DNA from: Chthoniobacteraceae bacterium | Lineage (GTDB): Bacteria; Verrucomicrobiota; Verrucomicrobiia; Chthoniobacterales; Chthoniobacteraceae | Direction of reading: 5' to 3' | Assembly (NCBI GenBank): GCA_040081625.1 | Contig: JBEBGD010000006.1 | Location: 1-64,000, forward strand | Length of the DNA: 64,000 nt | Shown: piece by piece, positions 57,519 to 64,000 of the stretch | Position numbering within the stretch: the first letter of the stretch is position 1 | How the letters are laid out: each line of letters begins with the position of its first letter | Position numbers and translations under genes: made by a program | Notes under the pieces: model-generated | The model's input: only the letters and a program-made list of their open reading frames with translations | What the model was told of the DNA's origin: nothing | Databases searched by the model: none

Positions 57519-59468
57519 GTGCCTTCCGATCAAGACCTGCTCGGCACCGCGGCTGCGCACGAGCAGGCGGGGCGGCCTGGCGAAGCTGAGGCGATCTATC
57601 GGGACGTGCTCGCGAGGCATCCCGGGAATGCCGACCTGATGCAGGCCATCGGGTCGTGCGCGTTTCGGAGTGGCCGGCTGGATGAGGCGCGTCAGTGGAC
57701 GGAGGAAGCGGTCGGCCTCGTTCCGAATCACGCGGTGTTTCTCAACAACCTCGGGCTGATCCTCGACGCGCTCGGTGAGTTGCGAGAAGCCGTCGCGTGT
57801 TTCGAGCAAGCCGCGCGAATCGATCCGGCGCTTGTGATCGTTCGCTACAATCTCGGCAACGCGCGGGTCCGCCTCGGCGAGTTCGACGAAGCGGTCGCGC
57901 TGTTTCGTTACGTCATCGAGCGGATGCCGGCGCACGTCGAGTCGCACCTGAATCTCGGCATGGCGCTCTCGCGCAAAGGCGACCTCGCCGGCGCGGTCGA
58001 AGTGTATCGCGCGGCGCTGCGTGTCCTGCCCGATTGCTCGCGGCTCTGGAATAATCTGGGGACGGCGCTGCAGCGCAGATCGGACCTCGCGGGCGCGATC
58101 GCCGCGAGCCGCGAGGCGCTGCGTTGTGAGCCGAACGACGCGCTGGCGATGAGCAACCTCGGAGTCTGCCTCTCCGAGCTCGGGCTGGCCGATGAAGCGT
58201 TGGAGTGGTTCCGGCGGAGCATCGCGCACGACCCGACGCTTTCCGAAGCGCACAGCGGCGTCATCTTCCACATGCAACTCCAGCCAGAGATCGCCGCGGA
58301 TGAAATCGCCGTCGAGTGCCGGCGCTGGTGGCTGCGACACGGCGCGCCGCTGCACCGCGCGGGCGAATGGGATCGCACTCCGGACCGGCGGCTGCGCGTG
58401 GGTTACGTCTCGTCGGATTTCCGGGACCATCCGGTCGGGCGGCACCTGCTGCCCGTGCTGCGGGTGCATGATCCTTCGGAGTTCGATTTCACCTGCTACT
58501 CGGACGCGCTCCTGCCGGACGCGATGACGGCGGAGTTCAGGAGTTGCGCGGTGACGTGGCGCGAGTCGGGAGCATGGTCCGATGAGCAACTGTCCGCGCG
58601 GATTCGCGAGGATCGGATCGACGTGCTCGTCGATCTCGCGCTGCACTCGGCGGGGAATCGCCTGCGCGTGTTTGCCCGGCAACCGGCGCCGGTGCAGGCG
58701 AGCTTCGCCGGCTATCCGGGGAGCACGGGCGTCGAGACGATCGCGTATCGGCTGACGGATTGGTTTCTCGACCCTCCGGGCGCGGAGTCGCCGTGGAGCG
58801 ATGAACCGATCCGGCTGCCTGACAGTTTCTGGTGCTTCGATCCGCTCGGTGAATCGCCAGACGTGAATGAACTGCCCGCGCTCGCGAGCGGCGTTGTGGT
58901 GTTCGGCTGCCTGTGCAAGCCGAGCAAGGTCAACGAGCGCGTGATCGGGTGGTGGAGCGCGATTCTGGAGCGGGTTCCGCGATCGCGGATGCTGCTGCTC
59001 TGCCCGGCAGGGGAAGGGCGCGATCTCATCGCGGCGCAGTTTCGCCAGTGCGGCGTCGAAGTGGATCGCGTGAGCTTTAGCGATCGTCTGTCGCGCGCGG
59101 ACTACCTCGCGCTGCATCATCGTGTGGACGTGATCCTCGATCCCTTTCCCTACAACGGCCACATGACCACCTGCGATGCGCTTTGGATGGGCGTGCCTGT
59201 CGTGAGTCTCGCGGGGCAGACGCCGGTTTCGCGCGGCGGCTTGAGCCTGCTCTCGAATGTCGGCCTTCCGGAGTTGGCCGCGTTCGCCCCGGAGGACTAC
59301 GTGCGGATCGCGGCGGATCTAGCGAACGATTTGCCGCGGCTCGCAGCGTTGCGCGCCACGCTGCGCGAGCGGATGCGGGCGTCGCCGCTGATGGACGGAC
59401 CGCGTTTCGCGCGCGGAATCGAGGACGCCTGCCGCACGATGTGGCGGGAATGGTGCGAGGCGAAATGA
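57519..59468 (+). CDS. TPR-containing O-GlcNAc transferase-like protein (GT41/SPINDLY)
   Basis: N-terminal TPRs; 'RLRVGYVSSDFRDHPV', 'IDVLVDL', 'PAPVQ...GYPGSTG', 'LDPFPYNG..TTCDALWMGVPVV'. Confidence 0.92.
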   Translation: MPSDQDLLGTAAAHEQAGRPGEAEAIYRDVLARHPGNADLMQAIGSCAFRSGRLDEARQWTEEAVGLVPNHAVFLNNLGLILDALGELREAVACFEQAARIDPALVIVRYNLGNARVRLGEFDEAVALFRYVIERMPAHVESHLNLGMALSRKGDLAGAVEVYRAALRVLPDCSRLWNNLGTALQRRSDLAGAIAASREALRCEPNDALAMSNLGVCLSELGLADEALEWFRRSIAHDPTLSEAHSGVIFHMQLQPEIAADEIAVECRRWWLRHGAPLHRAGEWDRTPDRRLRVGYVSSDFRDHPVGRHLLPVLRVHDPSEFDFTCYSDALLPDAMTAEFRSCAVTWRESGAWSDEQLSARIREDRIDVLVDLALHSAGNRLRVFARQPAPVQASFAGYPGSTGVETIAYRLTDWFLDPPGAESPWSDEPIRLPDSFWCFDPLGESPDVNELPALASGVVVFGCLCKPSKVNERVIGWWSAILERVPRSRMLLLCPAGEGRDLIAAQFRQCGVEVDRVSFSDRLSRADYLALHHRVDVILDPFPYNGHMTTCDALWMGVPVVSLAGQTPVSRGGLSLLSNVGLPELAAFAPEDYVRIAADLANDLPRLAALRATLRERMRASPLMDGPRFARGIEDACRTMWREWCEAK

Positions 59469-60565
59469 GGATCGCGTTTGGCGACTTCAGCGGCTGGGAC
59501 TTCCACGCGCAGAGCGTGGACTCGGCACCGCTCGGCGGCTCGCAGTCCGCCGCGTGCTATCTGGCGCAGGCGCTCGCGCGCGAGGGGCACGAGGTCTTCC
59601 TGCTCACGCACACGTCGGCGCCGGGCAAGCACGCCGGTGTGGGCTGCCTCTCGTGGCCGGCGACACCGCTCGACAGTTTGCGTGCGCTGAGGCTCGACGT
59701 TTTCGTCTGCATCCTCGCGGCCGGAAATGGCGAGGTCCTCCGCGCGGCGCTGGGACCAGAGACGCGGCTCGTGCTGTGGACGCAGCATCGCTTTGACCAG
59801 GAGTCCGTGCAGCGACTCGCGGACGCGGGAGAGCGCGGGAGCTACGATGCGTTTGCGCTGGTCAGCGATTGGCAGCGCAAGGAGTTCGTCGCGCACTTCT
59901 CGCTGCCGCCCGACCGGACCCGCGTGCTGCGCAATGCGGTCGCGCCCGCCTTCCTCGATCTCTTCGCCGACGATCAGCCGATCGTTTTCCACAAGGCGCA
60001 GCCTCCCTTGCTCGCCTACACGAGCACGCCATTCCGCGGACTCGACCGACTGCTCGACGCGTTTCCCGCGATTCGCGAGGCGGTGCCGGGCGCGCGATTG
60101 CGTGTCTTCTCGAGCATGGCTGTCTATCGCACTCCGCAGGTCGTCGATCATCTGCAACACGGTGCGCTTTACCAACGCTGCCGCGAGACACCGGGCATCG
60201 AATACATCGGGTCCATCCCGCAGCCGGCGCTCGCGCGCGAGCTGCGCGGCGTCACTGCGCTCGCCTACCCGAACACCTTCCCGGAAACGTCGTGCATCTC
60301 CGCGCTCGAGGCGATGGCGGGTGGATGCCTTGTCGTGACGAGCGCGCTTGGCGCGCTGCCAGAGACGACCGCGGGGTTCGCGCATCTCGTTCCGTTCGAG
60401 CAAAGCCGCGAGAGCTACCTTCGCGAGTTCGTTGAGCGCACCGTGGTCGCGCTTCGGGGCGAGTCAGACGCGGTGGATCTGCTCCGGCGGCAAGTGAGGC
60501 ATATCCGGGAAAACTCGACGTGGGAATTGCGAGCGAGGGAGTGGAGCGACTGGCTCGACGCGTGA
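59465..60565 (+). CDS. Glycosyltransferase family 4
   Basis: 'PLGGSQSA', 'YTSTPFRGL', 'YPNTFPETSCISALEAMAGG'. ATG overlaps the OGT stop. Confidence 0.88.
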   Translation: MRIAFGDFSGWDFHAQSVDSAPLGGSQSAACYLAQALAREGHEVFLLTHTSAPGKHAGVGCLSWPATPLDSLRALRLDVFVCILAAGNGEVLRAALGPETRLVLWTQHRFDQESVQRLADAGERGSYDAFALVSDWQRKEFVAHFSLPPDRTRVLRNAVAPAFLDLFADDQPIVFHKAQPPLLAYTSTPFRGLDRLLDAFPAIREAVPGARLRVFSSMAVYRTPQVVDHLQHGALYQRCRETPGIEYIGSIPQPALARELRGVTALAYPNTFPETSCISALEAMAGGCLVVTSALGALPETTAGFAHLVPFEQSRESYLREFVERTVVALRGESDAVDLLRRQVRHIRENSTWELRAREWSDWLDA

Positions 60566-60581
60566 GCAGCGCCGCCGATTC

Positions 60582-61436
60582 TCAGCGGGACGCAGACGCT
60601 GCCAGGAAGTGCGCCATCAGCGCGGTGCGCGCGTCGTCGTAGAACTCCGGCCCGCCGTGTTTGCCGCCGCGGACGACCTCGAGTTGCACGGGGCGATTCG
60701 CCGCTTCGTAGGCGCGCTGGAGTTCGAGCGATTGCTCGAAGGGCATCTGCGGATCGGCGTCGCCGTGGATAAGCAGCAGCGGCGGGTCGTTCGCGTCGAT
60801 GTGTGCGACGGGGCTGGCGAGGCGCGCGAGTTGCGGCTTCTCCGCGGGTTGTCCGCCGAGCAGGAGTTGAAGGGCGGGGACGCGGACGCTCAGCCCGTGC
60901 GGCGTGCTCTGCCCCAGGATGGTTTCGAGATTCGACGCGCCATAGAGACCGATGATCGCCTGCACGTCGCTCGACGCGGATGTGATGCCGACCGAGCCTT
61001 CGAGTTCCTTCACGCCATTCGTCACGCCGACGACCGCCGCGAGGTGCCCGCCGGCGGAGCTGCCGGCGATGGCGATGCGCGTGGCGTCGATCTTGAAGTC
61101 GGCGGCGCGTGCGCGCAGGAAACGGATCGCGGCCTTGATGTCGTGCGCCTGCGCAGGGAACGGCGCAGCGGTCGAAAGTCGGTAGTCCACACTCGCGACC
61201 GCGAAGCCTCGCGCGACGAGCTTCCCGAGCGGCATGTCGCTCCTCGACCCCGCGCGCCACGCGCCGCCGTGGACATAGACGATGAGCGGCTGCTTCGCCG
61301 GCACGTCCGCCGGCGGAAGGTGCAGGTCGAGCTTGAGCGAATGTTCAGCGACGCGGGCGAACTCGATGTCGCGAACGACACCCGCGTCGGCGTGCGCGAT
61401 GCATGCGAGTGCTGTGAGGATGGCGATGAGCTTCAC
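60582..61436 (-). CDS. Alpha/beta hydrolase (esterase, BD-FAE-like), exported
   Basis: 'VHGGAW', 'SVDYRL', 'GSSAGGHL', 'IHGDAD'; the GTG start overlaps the pdxA stop. Confidence 0.9.
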   Translation of the reverse strand: MKLIAILTALACIAHADAGVVRDIEFARVAEHSLKLDLHLPPADVPAKQPLIVYVHGGAWRAGSRSDMPLGKLVARGFAVASVDYRLSTAAPFPAQAHDIKAAIRFLRARAADFKIDATRIAIAGSSAGGHLAAVVGVTNGVKELEGSVGITSASSDVQAIIGLYGASNLETILGQSTPHGLSVRVPALQLLLGGQPAEKPQLARLASPVAHIDANDPPLLLIHGDADPQMPFEQSLELQRAYEAANRPVQLEVVRGGKHGGPEFYDDARTALMAHFLAASASR

Positions 61437-62437
61437 GTGTGGGAGAGCTTTGCGGCGAGCCGCACCGCTGCGAACAGGCTCCCCGCATTCGCCTTCCCCT
61501 GCCACGCGATGTCGAGCGCGGTGCCGTGATCGACGCTCGTGCGGATGATCGGCAGACCGAGCGTCGTGTTCACCGCGGAGTCGAAGGCGAGCGCCTTCAC
61601 CGGGATGTGGCCCTGATCGTGATACATGCAGATGAATGCGTCGGTCGCCTTCCGCTTCCATGGCAGGAACGCCGTGTCCGGTGGCAGCGGGCCTTCGACA
61701 TCGTGGCCCGCCGCGCGCGCGGCTTCGATCGCCGGGATGATGATCCGCTCCTCTTCGCGGTCTCCGAATAGTCCGTGCTCACCCGCGTGCGGATTGAGTC
61801 CGCACACGACCATCTTCGGTGCGCGCCCGCGGATGCGCTGGAGCGCCGCGGCCGTCAGCTCGATCACGTCGAGGATGCGTTCGCGCGTGAGCAGCGCGGG
61901 CACTTCGCGGTAGCCGACGTGGACGGTGACGAACGTGCAGGTGATCTCTTCCGAATACTGCATCATGCACGAGCGCGCGGCATTCGTGCGCGCGGCGAAA
62001 ATCTCGGTGTGCCCCGGAAACTTGATACCCGCGAGGCTCATCGCTTCCTTGTTCAACGGTCCGGTGGTGACTGCGGCGACCTGCCCGGCAAGCGCGGCGT
62101 CGATCGCCTGCTCCACGCAAGCAAACGCCGCGCGGCCCGTCGCGGCATTGATGGCGCCGGGCGTGAACGCGTCGAGGCTGATGACGCCGAGGTCGAGCAT
62201 GGCCGGTTGCGTGACGGTCGCGAAACCGCGTGTCCACTCGTCCGGCGTGAGTATCGGCGCATCGAAAGGCAGCCCCGTCTTTCCCGCGCATGCGCGGAGC
62301 ACAGCCGCGTCGCCGAAGACGATCGGCGTGCAGAGTCGTGCGAGTTCGACATTCCCAAGCAGGCGCAGGCACAACTCCGGCCCGACCCCGGCGGGGTCGC
62401 CCATCGTGATCGCGATGCGTGGAAGTAGTCCGGTCAT
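61433..62437 (-). CDS. pdxA: 4-hydroxythreonine-4-phosphate dehydrogenase (PdxA/PdxA2)
   Basis: 'ITMGDPAGVGPE', 'TGPLNK', 'FPGHTE', 'GLNPHAGE', 'MYHDQG', 'RTSVDHGTA'. Confidence 0.95.
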   Translation of the reverse strand: MTGLLPRIAITMGDPAGVGPELCLRLLGNVELARLCTPIVFGDAAVLRACAGKTGLPFDAPILTPDEWTRGFATVTQPAMLDLGVISLDAFTPGAINAATGRAAFACVEQAIDAALAGQVAAVTTGPLNKEAMSLAGIKFPGHTEIFAARTNAARSCMMQYSEEITCTFVTVHVGYREVPALLTRERILDVIELTAAALQRIRGRAPKMVVCGLNPHAGEHGLFGDREEERIIIPAIEAARAAGHDVEGPLPPDTAFLPWKRKATDAFICMYHDQGHIPVKALAFDSAVNTTLGLPIIRTSVDHGTALDIAWQGKANAGSLFAAVRLAAKLSHT

Positions 62438-62448
62438 GATGTGGAAAA

Positions 62449-62475
62449 TGGTCGGGGCGACAGGATTCGAACCGG
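62449..62475 (-). mobile_element. tRNA-Pro 3'-end fragment; putative att site bounding a genomic island that extends right
   Basis: Minus strand reads CCGGTTCGAATCCTGTCGCCCCGACCA (T-arm + acceptor 3' strand + ACCA). No D-arm or anticodon arm upstream, and base composition changes immediately. Confidence 0.85.
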
Positions 62476-62772
62476 GGCTGGGGATTGTTGGCGATTCTCG
62501 CAAATCGATGCGGATGCTGATGGATAGAGGCTTTTCAGCCGGTCAGTGAAATCGTGCTCGTTGGTCATTATTGCAAATTATTGGTGTTCGACTGTCCGAT
62601 TCTGTCACGCGTTTACCTGGTGCTGTCACGGAAGAAGGGGGGTGCAATCGGTTAGCGGAAGCGGCAGTGCGGCGGCACGAGTCTTCGGGCGTTACAACCG
62701 TTAGCCGCTGCTTCGAGCAAACACCGCTGAGTTTCGGTTTGCGAGTCTCTCCGATTCGAGTTGCTGTCGGAC

Positions 62773-63780
62773 ATGCCCCGTCCAAGAGCCAGTGTTCGTC
62801 TCACCAAAACTCAGCAATTCTCCAGGCCGCCTTTGGCGCGAATGCTCCAGCTTCATCAGCAGTTGCAAGCTGGGCGGTTCCCGAACTGCCGCAAGCTGGC
62901 TGACGAACTGGAGGTTTCGAGCAAGACCATTCAGCGGGACATCGAGTTCATGCGGTATCAACTCGGACTGCCGATCGAATACGACCAACTCCACTTTGGC
63001 TTCTTCTACACGGAACCGGTGACTCACTTCCCGAGCATCGAGGTGTCCGAAGGCGAAATCGTCGCTCTTTTCGTCGCGCAGAAGGCGCTGGGGCAATATC
63101 GCGGAACGTCTTTCGAGAAACCGCTGAAAGTGGCGTTTCAAAAGATCGCCGACGGGTTGCAGGACAAAGTGGCGTTCCAGTGGAGCGACCTTGAATCTTC
63201 CATTTCGTTCCGCGGCCTCGGAACGACCATCGCGGATTTGGAGATGTTCGAGACGGTCAGCAGTGCGGTGCTCAAATCCCACGAGATCACGTTCGAGTAT
63301 CGGAAACTCGGCAGCAACACCTACGAGGCGCGGCGAGTGCAGCCCTACCATCTCGGCTGCATTGACCAGCAATGGTATCTTTTCGCTCACGATCTCGCGC
63401 GCAAGCAACTGCGGACCTTCGTGCTCTCGCGGATGCGCAAGGTCCAGAATACCCGGACGCGATTTCACCGACCGGCGGACTTTTCGATCAGTAAGCACCT
63501 CGGCGATAGCCTCGGCGTGTTCACGGCGAAAGGTCGCGTCAAAGTGCGCGTCCGCTTCGATGACTTCGCCGCTCGTCTCGTTAGCGAGCGCCTGTGGCAC
63601 AACTCGCAGCGCATCCGAGACCTTGGCGACGGCGCGATTGAGCTGAGTCTTGAACTGGCGAGTCTCGAAGAAGTCGAACGCTGGATTCTGAGTTGGGGCG
63701 CGCACGCTCGCGTGCTCGAACCCGTCGCGTTGCAAAATCTCGTTCGCTCTGCGGCGGAAGGTGTGCTCGCGGCATACTGA
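62773..63780 (+). CDS. HTH-WYL-WCX transcriptional regulator
   Basis: HTH 'LADELEVSSKTIQRDIEFMR', WYL 'RRVQPYHL...QWYLFAHDLARKQLRTFVLSRM', WCX 'WILSWGAHARVLEP..L'. Confidence 0.95.
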   Translation: MPRPRASVRLTKTQQFSRPPLARMLQLHQQLQAGRFPNCRKLADELEVSSKTIQRDIEFMRYQLGLPIEYDQLHFGFFYTEPVTHFPSIEVSEGEIVALFVAQKALGQYRGTSFEKPLKVAFQKIADGLQDKVAFQWSDLESSISFRGLGTTIADLEMFETVSSAVLKSHEITFEYRKLGSNTYEARRVQPYHLGCIDQQWYLFAHDLARKQLRTFVLSRMRKVQNTRTRFHRPADFSISKHLGDSLGVFTAKGRVKVRVRFDDFAARLVSERLWHNSQRIRDLGDGAIELSLELASLEEVERWILSWGAHARVLEPVALQNLVRSAAEGVLAAY

Positions 63781-63811
63781 CGGCCTGACGCGAGATTTTT
63801 CATAAAAGATG

Positions 63812-63851
63812 ACCGGTAGGACGGCGATTGTCCCACCACCGGTGCTACGGT
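63812..63851 (+). promoter_or_regulatory. Candidate WYL operator/promoter
   Basis: GGAC-N7-GTCC palindrome (63819-63833) bracketed by two ACCGGT, then TGcTACGGT (-10-like) 6 nt before ATG 63858. Confidence 0.45.
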
Positions 63852-63857
63852 TCCGGC

Positions 63858-64000
63858 ATGAACCTGAATCAGATCTCCATCGCCGGCCCCTACACGCACG
63901 ACAACCTCAGCATGTATTTGCTGCTCGGCAGCGACACATTCGACGGCAATCGCTTCATTCCTCTCGACGACGCGCTGGAGCAGAAATGCGTCGTGGTTCA
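63858..64000 (+). CDS. ARPP-1/DUF6569-like protein, N-terminal part (runs off the window)
   Basis: MNLNQISIAGPYTHDNLSMYLLLGSDTFDGNRFIPLDDALEQKCVVV resembles the 'P..h.NL..f.l......y..LdEAl..g.v.V' start of DUF6569 (from recall). Confidence 0.6.
   Translation, partial: MNLNQISIAGPYTHDNLSMYLLLGSDTFDGNRFIPLDDALEQKCVVV

Noticed and set aside
62438..62503. N-terminal extension of pdxA (MRESPTIPSPGSNPVAPTI)
   Set aside because: It is a translation of the tRNA-Pro fragment; the start at 62437 fits PdxA.
62449..62525. Complete tRNA-Pro gene
   Set aside because: Only the T-arm and 3' acceptor strand are present; no anticodon or D-arm.

Overview
GC-rich bacterial chromosome window, most likely Verrucomicrobiota (Chthoniobacterales-like; inferred from two DUF1549/DUF1553 + DUF1501 pairs, a PVC-type heme CxxCH protein, a sulfatase, ThuA, DUF4159/MoxR and Pro-rich 'ATP' linkers). 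Most of it is housekeeping (rpmI-rplT, proBA, CCA-adding enzyme, exbBD-TPR-LOG, tRNA-Ala(UGC), pdxA) and carbohydrate or secreted-enzyme genes. Three things stand out. (1) A ~4.8 kb accessory block between DUF4159 and MoxR encodes a SLOG + double 2TM (SLATT-like) protein, a TIR-like DUF4062-TPR protein carrying a 1-nt frameshift, and an FN3-like orphan flanked by 21-bp and 7-bp repeats. This is a candidate Thoeris-like nucleotide-signalling defence system, and a local GC-skew flip is centred on it. (2) A tRNA-Pro 3' fragment at 62449-62475 (att site) marks the edge of a genomic island that begins with a WYL regulator and a truncated ARPP-1/DUF6569-like gene with a candidate operator. (3) Short-unit (6/7/9 bp) tandem and inverted-repeat elements are scattered through the window; one is inserted in frame in proA and one supplies a gene start. 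All family assignments come from motif recognition by eye; no database search was run.
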